Of a stretch of DNA of 64,000 bases, positions 26,535-38,530 are shown piece after piece. This DNA comes from the human T2T-CHM13v2.0 reference genome, Homo sapiens: the NCBI RefSeq assembly GCF_009914755.1, contig NC_060925.1; one strand, written 5' to 3'. How positions within the stretch are numbered: the first letter of the stretch is position 1; every line of letters starts with the position of its first letter. The notes beneath the pieces were generated by a model. It did not search any database, was not told the DNA's origin, and was given only the letters and a program-made list of their open reading frames with translations. The position numbers were made by a program, and so were the translations under genes.

Positions 26535-29500
26535 GTATCCTTATAAATACCCAGGGAGAAACTAAGAGACAGCTCTAAGAACAAAAAGAATGTGGGTAAA
26601 TTTAGCAGTTAAAAGACACAAAAAACTAGGATTGCAACTATTTTTTTTTAAGTATGCCTGTTAAGTATACCTCTTAAGACTTAAAGGAAATATGCAAAAA
26701 TGCAAAGAGCTGTGGTTGGTTGGTGGAAAATGGTTGATGTGACACTGGTGGAAGAAGTTAAGAGATACTTGGGACCCCAAAGCCTGAATATTTAAAACTT
26801 CATCTACTACCTACAATTCCAGTAACCATTGCTCATTCTGGTTCACAAGGCAGGGGGCACAGCTTGTCAGTGCGTACTTTCCATTACTCTAAACATCCAA
26901 ATACTAACGTGACTCTAGATAGGGGAGACTGGACCACTGGAAGCTGTATTACCAGAGTCTTTTTTGCTTGGGTTATCCACCCCTGGTTCACCTGTGGTCT
27001 ACTCCATCCAGGCTCTCACTGTTGGAGTCCCCATACTTCCCTGGGCTATTATTTTAGACTGAACTCAAAACAGCCCCAGACCAACTTTTTCTCCTACATG
27101 ACCCATTTCTAGTCCATGCAAACACTTGCACATCCTTTGTTTACAAACTCTGGCAGTGCAGCTATGACCAACACAGTAGCACTTTCTTGGCTTCCTACCT
27201 AACCTGTTAGTCACCAGCTGCTAATCCTCTGTATCTCCCAGACACCTATCCTTGGTGTTTCCAAACTGCAAAAATATATTTAATCTCTCTGAGAGGTTTA
27301 TTTAAAGCCCACTCTCCCTGGACTTGAAGTGAAAAAGGTAACATATCCCATCCCACAAATTTAATGTAGAGAAATTAGAAAGTATAGATAAGTCAAATAG
27401 AACCATTAAAAATCTTTGTAATCCCAACACCCATGCATAGATAACACTTACTGTTAATAATCTATCACACAAACTTCAACACATTCCTATTAAGTATTTT
27501 TATGAGAATTTTTTTTTTGCTCATACTGTTATAAAATTATACTATAAGCACAAACATAGTTAAATAGAACACAGGGTACTATTATAAACCAATTTAAAAA
27601 TAAATTCATACTATTTAAATTGAGATTGCTTTAAATTAGATTTTCTGAAAAAAATTATCTTCTGAAAACAGTCTTTTGTTGTTAGGTAACTGCAAATAAA
27701 ATAAGTAAAGCTCCTTGTATTGAATTTTAGAGTACTTCAAGACCTAACCCAAAGCAGAGATACAGACTTTTATGGTGGTAATATAATTTGAGAACTTTAT
27801 AAAACATTTAAATATTTAAAGAAATACTCAAGGATCAATTAGGATAGGTGTTAAAATTTGAGGATAAAAAGCTACATCACAATTCACAGAGTGTTTCTTC
27901 TCTAAATATGCATGAATCAACCAGAGATAGAACAAAATAAAAATATTTAGCTGCCAAAAAGAAGTTGTTCTGAGACATCAGTACAGGTTTTCTTCTGTGA
28001 TGATATCAAGTTGGTCTTGCAGCAAATGTTGAGAAAGTAACTTTACAACTGCAAAATAATCATTGGATGTTGCACAGAGAGAGGTCCCTCTGTTCTCTGT
28101 GGATATACAGAGCAAACCCAGAATGCACCTGGTCAACTCGAGCCCTCATTATCTTGAAGACACCTGATATTCCATAAGACTAGATGAGGCTGCCAGCTCC
28201 TTGTCCACACTGACTACATGCCATGTACCCCATTTTATAACTAAAAAGGATTTAAAATTCATGAAGCTTGTTGAAAGCTCAACTGTCACATTCTACTCAT
28301 TCCAAAGTGTATGGGAAAAAGAGCAGAACAGACATTTCAACTGAAGCCATTATTGTGCTTGAATAGCCATATTCCATTAAATTGCTAATAAACCTACTAG
28401 ACGGTGTTGATCACATCAGCCATACAGTTGCATTCCTTTCCTTTATACCAACTTGCCCAGTTTCATTCTATGCAGTATTACTCTTTCTGTGCCCTTTATT
28501 CCAAGGTTGCCCAGAATTCAAAGCACTTATTCAGTAAGTTTGTAATCCAGTTTAGTATGCTATTAACAGAATTCTTTAGAGGAGATCATGGAAAAAGAAA
28601 CTCAAACTCATTTTTGGGTCAATGACCAACCTTAAGGGAAACACGTATTAAACCAGTTTAAAGAAAAAGGTCAGGATCCATGAGGTATTAAGGAAAAAAG
28701 GGAAGAAAAAACATTCATTTCCACAATTTTCCAACATTCCTTAAAAATAAAAACAAGCCCAAGCATGGAATGGCAAGGCCCTGGTGCCCCTGTACTAATG
28801 GTGGTGGACAATACTGCTATTCATAGGAAGTGAGAAAGCAAAGGTTTTTCCTCAACACCAGGGAAGTTTTGGCTTCCCTTACCTTCATTTATTCTGGGGT
28901 TCAAATTGGAACCTTATAAATCTTAAGTTTGCCTCTCAAAGCAAACAATAATGTACAATGGATTAAATGCTTTAAAGTTTGCTTTTTAATAGCATAACTA
29001 ATTAACTGCCTCTATTGTAAATGGCTTATTAAGCCACTCCTATTAGGGTGTTAACTACTGAAAATATGTAAAGCTGAATAGATACCGTATGGAATTAGGC
29101 ATTTAAAAATAACTAGTGCACTATTTACACTACCTGCCTGATGAGTAGTTTATCCCCCATTTAGATATTAACTGAAAATATGTAATGGAAAACAAATAAA
29201 GGAAACAGATGTCTTAACTTTAAAATTCTTTCATCAAACAGCAGTTATTTTCTTATAATTTTTAAATTCTATATCCATCTTAGAGCTTTAGAAGAAAGTC
29301 TAGGTCTCTCCAAATTCAGGGTACTAAACGCTTGCCTCCATCCAGGCAGTTTTCCAGTGAGCAGAGTTGGAGAAGCTTTTCTTTTCACAGGGTAACTTGT
29401 TTGGAATAAGCTGTCTGTGTATCCAGAATGGTCTTTTTTTTTTTAGCAAAATCAAGCTGGAGAAAAGTGAAATTCACTCCCTGGATTACCTTATGATTAT

Positions 29501-31204
29501 GAAAATATTTGTGTCTATTTTTTGAGTTCCCAAGATTAGGCAAAATAAAGTGTTTTTTTTTTTTTCCTGCAGCTTCCCTGCTGAAATACCTTAGTGAGAA
29601 TGCATAAAAACCAACTCTAAATGATGCACAAAGCCACCGAGAGTAAGTGTTAAAGCAACAATAATGTGATTCAACACAAATAAGTAATAGCCCCAATACA
29701 AAAAGCTGCAAAATTACAGTAATTTTACAATCCATCTGAAGTAGCAAAACACATTGTTACTTTACCAAATATTAAGTGATCACCTAATGTATGTCAAAGC
29801 TACATGCAGATATATGTGTGGTAAATTTCTGGACTGGAGAATTAAATGAAAAGAAACTAGCACAGGATATTTAGTTCACAGAATCATGAAATGTAAAACT
29901 CACAAGAGACATTTGTGGTCATACAGCTCAGGTGACCAACTCCCAGTAGGTTGGCATGACTCTCCCCTGCCACAGAGGCAGAAGCAGGATTAGAACCCAA
30001 GTCCCCTTGTTTACGGTTTAACAAGATTCCTGATAAACTAAAAATGGTTTTGATATGAAAAGCCAATGTTAAGACTATGAATAGAAAGCTGTTTCTACTT
30101 TTAAAGTTTTAGAATCATTAATACATTATTAATTATATATACATATATATTTAAATTGTCTTCTAGACTCCAAGCATAAATTAACAGATTTCATTTAAAG
30201 TTTTCATATTGGCTGGGATTTCATCATTTCATGGCATCAAATGAGGAGCCATCTGCCATCTAACCAAACCCAAAGGCCACAGAATAAATGTGGCCTGGCA
30301 CTGAAAAACAAGAGTGAAGACCATGGTACTCTGATATTAGGCAGGCAGGTACATTTTTAGACGTTTCCATACAATTCAAAGTTAATGGTCTAGGTGTTTT
30401 TCAATTGGTATTGATGAGGAAAATGTAAAAATCAAAGTGATTTACAATGTCTGCCAGATTTTCCTTCACAGATTCTTTTAGGAAGCAAAACATCTTTCTC
30501 TTTCCTTCTCCCCCTCATCCCCCCACCCCCATACAAGTAGACACACACACACATTCAGTAAAATTTTTGAGTAATCCATTTGATGACTGAAGATTTGGCT
30601 TCCCAACTAAATTGATAACCTCTCTTCTTCTTCATTAATATTTGAAGGCTGCCCACCTAAAGAATTGGAAAATATATAGTACAAACTGTAACAAAATTTT
30701 TGTATTTGATCTCTAATTTCTGACAGCTGAACACTTGGCAAATGTATATATAACGTGAGCATAAAACATGTCATATGAATAAAGTTTTCAGCATGAATAT
30801 TTTATAAGTGACTTATTGGACTTCATTCCTTATTTCAATCATATTTTGCATATTGCCATTTTATGAAGGACATAAGTAAAAGACTATTCTGTTCAACACA
30901 AATGGTATCAAATTTGGAAAACCAAAAAGGGCTAAAAGAAGTTAATGAGGGTGAATGGAATCACCCCTATTAAAGGTAAAGTGATAGAGCAGGTGTAAGC
31001 TATTATGAGGAGGCCATTTTGTATCTCCTCCTCCTCATAGTTTCTCCCTAAATATGCCAAAACGAAAATCTTAGCTTTGGTTATGTGCTTAGCATGTCTT
31101 CATTAATAAAAATCTCTAGTAATGTAATGGAAAGAGGATTGTGCTCTGCTGTAGAAGGCAGAAAAAGTAATAGTAAAGGAGTACCCTCTCTATGGAACCT
31201 GGGA

Positions 31205-31515
31205 TTTTTAATTTTTATTTTTATTGTTTTTTTGAGACAGGGTCTTGCTTTGCCACCCAGGCTGGAGTGCAATGGCACAATCACAGCACACTGCAGCCTT
31301 GACCTCTGGGATTCAAGAGATCTTCCCACCTCAGCCTCCCTAGTAGCTGGGACCATAAGCATGTGCCACCACATCCAGCTAATTTTTGTATTTTTTGTAG
31401 AGACAGGTTTTCACCATGTTGCCCAGGCTGGTCTAGAATTCCTGAGCTCAAGTGATCTATCCACCTCGGCCTCCCAATGTGCTGGGATTATAGGGATGAG
31501 CCACCATGGCTGGCC
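31205..31515 (-). mobile_element. AluJ
   Basis: Full Alu; TSD ctgggatt. Confidence 0.96.
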
Positions 31516-31670
31516 CTCTGGGATTCTTTTTAACAAGTGGAAATCCTAGCAAACGAAATGCCCTATTCTATTCTTGCAAATGAAGTAAGCATCCAGACAG
31601 CTGTTTTGTGACATCACTAAGCAAGTATAACAGGAAAAGGCAGAGAAGACACTGTACATTTATCTGAAAC

Positions 31671-32356
31671 TCTACAGAAAACTTATAGTGACAGGTAGAG
31701 ATAATGAGGCACAGCTAAAATTCTAAATTAAAAATATTTCAAAAGGCAAATTTCAAAAAGCTTTTTACCTTTACCATTTCTAAATTTCCTAATGTGCTTT
31801 AAATGCAAAAATATGTCTTAGGCCAGGCCCACAGATACTAAAATAGCACTTAATCTATTGCTCCATTACAAGTGAATACATTATTTCCATTATGGTTTAT
31901 CTGTAGCAAATTTTGTTTTTAACCTCAAGGGAACCGTATAATATTAAGGGATGTAAGTGGCCTTATAGAGAATTATCCAGTCCCTTGTTTTCACAGATGA
32001 ACAAACTGAGGCCCAACTGAACCTCTTGTTAAAAGCCACCAGCTAGTTATATTTCAGAGCTGTGTCTTCTGTCTCCCAGGGCAGGGAGCAGTGCTCTTTC
32101 CATCACATCCACAGCATCGGCCTCCCACTAAATGGTTGCAATAGCTATAGTCAATAATGGTGCCCAACTATGCTCTCTTCCTGGATGACCTAATATTTAA
32201 GCTTCATAACAAGTCCATGAATTACGTAATATTTGAACCACTATTCTACAGAAAATTTATAGTGACAGGTAGAGATAATGAGGCACAGCTAAAATTCTAA
32301 ATTAAAAATATTTCCAAAGGCAAATTTCAAAAAGCTTTTTACCTTTACCATTTCTA
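31671..32356 (+). repeat. 112-bp direct duplication (31671-31782 and 32245-32356), 2 mismatches; second copy lies inside a MIR
   Basis: Direct comparison of the two copies. Confidence 0.97.
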
Positions 32357-32429
32357 CAGAAAGGAAACTGAGGCACGGAACACTTACATAACTTGTGAAA
32401 GAGTCAGCCTGCAGAGCCACACCACACAC

Positions 32430-32830
32430 CACTCTTCACCATTATACTACTGTTCACTGTTCTCTTCTTTTCCAAGGCATTTGTTGACCTTATATTCACT
32501 GTACTCTGAACTGAACTTATCTATTTCCCAAACCTGCTGGCATCCTTACTTTCCAACTCAGTTAATGTCATCACTGTCCTCTTTAATCACCAACCTTGGA
32601 ATCTTAGGTCATCTTTGACTCCTTCTGAGTTCCTCACTCTTTTCCACGTTTCTACCACTGGAAAGGATCTTGAACCCATGTACACTGCAATTTCCTAACA
32701 AAAGGCCTCATTCCCTGTTGCCTGAATGATTGCAAAGCCTCCTAACTGGTCTCCTTCTAACAGCTGTCCCTTCTCAAATTCATCTCACACACTGGAGCCA
32801 GAGTAATTCTGCCAAAACAACAGAGAGCTC
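32430..32830 (+). mobile_element. L2 fragment
   Basis: ttcccaaacctgct...ctcagttaatgtcatcact...gtcatctttgactcc...gcctcctaactggtctcc. Confidence 0.75.
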
Positions 32831-33180
32831 ATTGGTTTAAAAACCCAAGCTTACCTAACATTGTCTGTTACATTTTTCTTTTAAGTGTATGAAGTTTTCT
32901 TTTTCTTTCTCAATCTTCTCCTTGAAGCCTTATACAATTTTGTGCAGTTGGTATTATTCTTCCTATTTAACAGATGATGAACCAGGCCGTATGACATTAA
33001 GTAATGTTTAGTAGATAATTTAAAAACTTATAAATTCTGTTATGTAAAAATGTAACTTCATTTTCTTATAAGTAGATAATCCGGGTAAACACAGTCAAGT
33101 CCAGTAATTTCTCAATTATTTGAAATTCCAACTCAGTTAAATTCAGGTCCATCCCCTCCTTTCCACTGCTTTCTTCCTAG

Positions 33181-33372
33181 GTGACATTCACAATGAGCAT
33201 TTACCCAGCATTTTGTGCTGGCATCTTCCAGGATGTACAAGCATCCCAACATAGTCTCAGATTCTTGGTCCCTGGCACTGGCAGAGCTGAAATGGTCATA
33301 TTCCCACTGGCCTCTGGTTACATGATCCATGCTGCCTTCTGTAGTCACATATTATTTGTGATAACAAACAAG
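33181..33372 (+). other. Candidate 192-nt internal exon (possibly antisense lncRNA or cryptic)
   Basis: Acceptor cccctcctttccactgctttcttcctag|G and donor AAG|gtaagg; frame 0 is open; no recognisable protein. Confidence 0.3.
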
Positions 33373-33427
33373 GTAAGGATTTGTAAGGATCAGAGGTAAG
33401 GCAGGCATAACGTAGAAAACTGACTAG

Positions 33428-33748
33428 CACAAGGTCTCTTATTTACAATTCTGAAAGCCCAAAGTTCTGAAAACCAAGGGTATTCTTTTTTAATTTAGTG
33501 CCTGAACTTATTTGGTAGTAAAACCTGATTTGATATGAAAGTTTTAGACTTTATATCATCTAGAATGAACATTCCTAGGTTTTGCTGCACATATATTAAT
33601 GTGGTTGATTAAAGGGTGCTATCTTAGACTTATGTGTGTGTGTTATGAAATATGGTTGACATACTCCGTTTACTTTCAAAATATGAAAAATTATAAATTT
33701 TAAAACACATCTGGCACTCTGGGTTTCAGAGAAGAAACTATAGACCTG
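33428..33748. mobile_element. Old Tigger-type MITE (MamRep434/Tigger15-like)
   Basis: caattctgaaagcccaaagttctgaaaac at the left end; aaacacatctggc...ggtttcaga...tagacctg at the right end. Confidence 0.45.
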
Positions 33749-33761
33749 AAAGATATATTCT

Positions 33762-34050
33762 AGCCGGGCGTGGTGGCTCACACCTGTAATCCCAGCACTT
33801 TGGGAGGCCAAGACAGGTGGATTACCTGAGGTCAGGAGTTCAGGACCAGCCTGGCCAATATGGTGAAACCTCATCTCTACTAAAAAATACAAAAATTAGC
33901 CGGGCGTGGTGGTGGGCGCCTGTAATCCCAGCTACTCGGGTGAGACAGGAGAACTGCTTGAACCTGGGAGGTGGAGGTTGCAGTGAGCCGAGATCACTGC
34001 ACTCCAGCCTGTGTGACAAGAGCAAAACTCCATCCAAAAAAAAAAAAAAA
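33762..34050 (+). mobile_element. AluS with small internal deletions
   Basis: TSD aagatatattct on both sides. Confidence 0.97.
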
Positions 34051-34159
34051 GATATATTCTTTGGATACAGAATTCTAGGTTGGCAAGTGTTTTTTTGTTT
34101 TTTGTTTTTTTGCACTTACAAAGATTGTCATTACAATGTTTTCAGCCTGCATTGTTTCT

Positions 34160-34359
34160 TTTCTTTATTTCAATAGTTTTGGGGGAGCAGGTGATTTTTG
34201 GTTATATGGATAAGTTCTTCAGTGGTTATTTCTGAGATTTTGGTGCACCTGTCACCGAGAAGTATACACGTTACCCAATGTGTAGTCTTTTATCCTTCAC
34301 CCCCCTCCCAACCTTCCCCCAGAGTCCCCAAGTCCATTATATCATTCTTATGCCTTTAC
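34160..34359 (-). mobile_element. L1PB 3' end fragment
   Basis: 15-bp TSD gcctgcattgtttct (34145-34159 and 34360-34374); L1PB 3' UTR sequence. Confidence 0.88.
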
Positions 34360-34478
34360 GCCTGCATTGTTTCTAATGGGAATTCCGCTGTCATCCTAGT
34401 CTTTGTTCCTTTATATACAATGAGTATTTTTCCTCTGACTGCTTTTCAGATTATCTCTTCACTACTGGTTTTCAGTTA

Positions 34479-36836
34479 CAAGCATACCTTGTTTTATTGC
34501 ACTTTGCTTTATTGTGATTTGCAGATACTGTTTTTTTTTTTACAAATTGAAGGTTTGTAGCAAACCCGCATCAAGCAAGTCTATTGATGCCATTCTTCCA
34601 ACAGCATGTGCTTGCTTATATCTCTGTGTCACATTTTTGTTAATTCCTGCAGTATTTCAAACTTACTACGTCCACATAAGACAGCAAACTTAATCAATAA
34701 ATGTGTGTGTGTTCTGACTACTCCATTGACTGGTTTGTTTCCGTCACTCCCTCTCCTGGGGGTCTACCTATTCCTGGAGACATAGCAATATTGAAATTAG
34801 GCCAATTAATATCCTACCATGGCCTCCAAGTGTTCAAGTGAAAGGAGGAATTGTACATTTCTCACTTTAAATCAGAAGCTAGAAATTATGAAGCTTAGTG
34901 AGGAAGGTATGTTAAAAGCTGAGACAGGCCAAAAGCTAGGCCTCTCATGCCAGTTAGCCAAGTTGTGATTGTAAAGGAAGTTGAGTTGTTGAAGGAAATT
35001 AAAAGTGCCACTCTAGTGAACACACGACTAATAAGAAAGTAAAACAGCCTTATTGATGATATGGAGAAAGTTTTAGTGGTCTGGATGGAAGATCAAACCA
35101 GCCCCAATATTCTCTTAAGCCAAAGCCTAATCCAGAGCAAGGCCCCAACTCTCTTAAATTCTACGAGATCTGAGAAGAGGTGAGGTGAGGAAGCTGCAGA
35201 AGTTTAAAGGTAGCAGAGGCTGGAAGTTTAAAGGTAGCAGAGGCTGGCTTATGAGGAAAGAAGCCATCTTTATAACATAAAAGTACAAGGTGAAGCGATA
35301 AGTGCTGATGTAGAAGCTGCAAGAAGTTATTCAGAAGATCTATTACAGCTAACACACAGCATTGTATGTTATGAATATGGTTGATGAAGATGGTTATACT
35401 AAACAAAAGTTTTCAAATTAAATCCAGTAGCCTTATATTGGAAGAAAATGTCATCTAGGACTTCTCTAGCTGTTAAGGAGAAGTTAATCCTGGCTTCAAA
35501 GCTTCAAAACACAGGCTGACTCTCTTGTTAGAGGTTAATGGAGCTGGTTACCTTAAATTAAAGCCAATGCTCATTTACCATTCTGAAAATCCTTGGGCTC
35601 TTAAGAATAATGCTAAATTGACTCTGACTGTGCTCTACAAATGGAACAACAAAACTTGCATAACAGCACATCTGTTTACAGCATGGTTTGCTGAATATTT
35701 TAAGCCCACTGTTGAGACCTACTGCTCAGAAAAAAAGATTGCTTTCAAAATATTACTGCTCATTGACAATGCACCTGGTCACCCAAGAGTTCTGATAGAA
35801 ATGCTCAAGGGGATTAATGCTTTTTTTACACCTGCTGACACAAGATTCATTCTGCCACCCATAAATCAAGGAGTAATTTCAACTTTCAAGTCTTATTATT
35901 GAAGAAATACATTTCATAGGGCTATTGCTGCCAAAACTGTGATTCCTCTGATGAATCTGGGCAAAATAAGTGGGAAACCTTTTGGAAAGGATTAATCATT
36001 CTAGATGTCATTAAGAACATTTGTGATTCATGGGAGGAGGTCAAAGTATCTACATTAACAGAAGTTTGGAAGAACCTGATTCCAACTTTGAATGGTTTAA
36101 GACTTCAGTAGACAAAGTAACTGCAGATGTGGTAGAAATAGCAAGAGAACTAGAATTAGAAGTGCAGCCTGAAGATATGACTGAATTGCTGCAATCTCAT
36201 GATAAAACTTGAATGGATGAGGAGTTGCTTCTTATGGATGGGCAAAGAAAGTGGTTTCTCAAGATGGAAACTGCTCCTGGTGAAGATGCTGTGAAACATT
36301 GTTGAAATGATAATAAAATATTTAGAATAGTCCAAAAACTTGGTTGATTGACAGAGCAATGGTAGTTTGAGAGGACTACAATCTTGAAAGAAGATCTACT
36401 GTGAGTAAAATGCTATCAAACAGCATTGCTTCTTACAGAGAAATGTTTCATGAAAGGAAGAGTCAATCAACACAGCAAACTTCACTGTTGTCTTATTTTT
36501 TAAAATTGCCACAGTCACCTCAACCTTCAACAACCACAACCCTGATAGGTCGGCAGCCATCGACATTGAGACGAGACCCTCCCCAAGAAAAAGATTATGA
36601 CTTGCTAAAGGCTCAGGTGATTGTCAGCATTTTTTAGCCATAAAATATTCTTTAACTGAGATACATATATATTTTTAAGACATGATGCCATTCCACAATT
36701 AATAGACTACATTAAAATGTAAACATAACTTTTATATGGACTGGGAAGCAAAAAAAATTGTGACTCCCTTTATTGTGGTATTTGCTTTTATTGTAATAAT
36801 CTGAATGGAACCTGTACTATCTCTGAGGTATTCCTG
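34479..36836 (+). mobile_element. Tigger1 DNA transposon, near full length
   Basis: TIRs caagcatacct... and ...gaggtattcctg, TA dinucleotides on both sides, length 2358 bp. Confidence 0.97.
34819..36212 (+). pseudogene. Disrupted Tigger1 (pogo-family DDE) transposase
   Basis: Starts [22 protein letters not shown]; ORF 35525-35902 contains [13 protein letters not shown] and [12 protein letters not shown]; multiple stops and frameshifts. Confidence 0.93.
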
Positions 36837-38530
36837 TATTTGATCATGATGTGTAAAGTTTCTGGTATTAAGTAGTGATTTCCCCTCACTGCTAAGGCAA
36901 GGCTCTTCTGAGGCTCTACTCAAAGCCCTGTGTATTGTGAGGTCTCTCCTTTCTGGCTTTTAGGAATATAATCTCATTTCTGCGTGAGTTCTGGGAATTG
37001 TCTGGTTTATTTTCTGCTGGTTCTTTCTCTAGCTTTGGGTAGTTCCTCTTATGCGTGCACAGACAAATACATACCTACCCAAAGACTCAAGTAACAATCC
37101 TGCATATCTCTGGAATGCTGTATTTGAGCAGCCCCTCATCTCCAGTACTCTGCCCTGCAAATTCTACCATTTTAGTTCTCCCAAACTGATTTTTTGTCCC
37201 CTCAATTTGATAAGACCAGTAGGTTCTGTTCTGCATCCCCTCCTCCACCTCTGTGGCCTGAAAACTGCCTCCAGACAATAAGCTGGGAAAATTGTAATCT
37301 CAATTCATTTGTTTCCCTTCCCTCAGGGATCAGTCCTACACTTCCTGTGTGCACTGTCTGAAAAGCTGTTTCATATAGTTGGTCCAGTTTTCTAATTACT
37401 TACAGCAAAAGAAAAATTCCTGTAGCAGTTAATCTTTCATGATGGAAGTCAAAGCTTCAAGACTATACACCTAAACATTGTTACTTTTCTTTCCTGACCA
37501 CCTCTGTGACAACATTATATAATGTCCCATAACTCAAATGAAAATTTTTTCTCATTTAAACAATGAGGAACAACATTTCTCCCCTTAACAAATGAACAGA
37601 AGGGAGGTCTAGAAATTGCTTCTTTAAGAACAAATTTAGTGATTCTTGATGATCTTGGTGACATTGGCATGAAAGGGAGCAGACAGTGAGTGTGATAAAA
37701 CTTCTTTAGGATTTATTTACATGTTACTTAAAATGCTAAGCTCTGATACAACCTTAACTCTAATGGAACTTGGAAGCTAATTAAGGAGACCTTTTATAAC
37801 TGTATAGCAGTCTGTCTCTGGACTGTATTTGGAAGATGAGTCTGAATCAAAGTGGTTAATAAGCAAATTTAACCATGACATTACAATTAACAGAGTCTCA
37901 GAAGTACAAGTAATAATCACTGCTGATTCTTTTCCTCTTCTCCTCTGCAATATCTATTTAAGCTTTTGAGTAAGACAGACTTGGTCTGCCAGAGTACCTT
38001 TGCTGAAGAACTCAAAGCCACTGGCACAGAGTAAAGCAGCTGGAAACACAGAACCATAGCTATAGCCAGGGAGCTTTTCTAACTTGAATCAAAAACAGAT
38101 TCAGAATGGCTTGGAGAAAAACAATCCACTGAAGGCTGGTGAAGAAGACCAGGATCATCTTAGAAATAAATAAAGCATTAGTAAAATACATACTAAATTA
38201 TAGCTTACTGACTGTATTCTTTAACAGTTTGCTTTTAAGAAAGCAACCTCATTTTAACACATATTTCAAAAGAAGAAAAGTTGGAAAATGTGAAATCTTT
38301 TCCTCAAATAATTTTGCCCACTGGAAAACCCATAAGTTTGGACCACAAGGCCTTAATCAAGGCATAACCTCTTATCTGATGCAAGTTTACTCTGCAGTTA
38401 GAGCGGCCTGGCAGGAAGATGGTATAGGAGAGCAGTTGAGCTCATGGATATTGGAACAAATGAGGCCTCATTTTGAATATAGGATCTACCACTTACTAAC
38501 TAGTTGTGTGACCTTGGGCTATTACTCCAT

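Larger units (their letters stand above)
34051..37450 (-). mobile_element. Old L1M fragments hosting the L1PB and Tigger1 insertions
   Basis: ttggatacagaattctaggttggca...; gcttttcagattatctcttcactactggttttcag resumes after Tigger1. Confidence 0.6.

Noticed and set aside
26680-27350. Possible old LTR
   Set aside because: Composition is suggestive but I could not match termini or family, so it is not reported as a feature.
34819-36212. Domesticated transposase gene (TIGD1-like)
   Set aside because: Multiple stops and frameshifts; an ordinary decayed Tigger1 copy.
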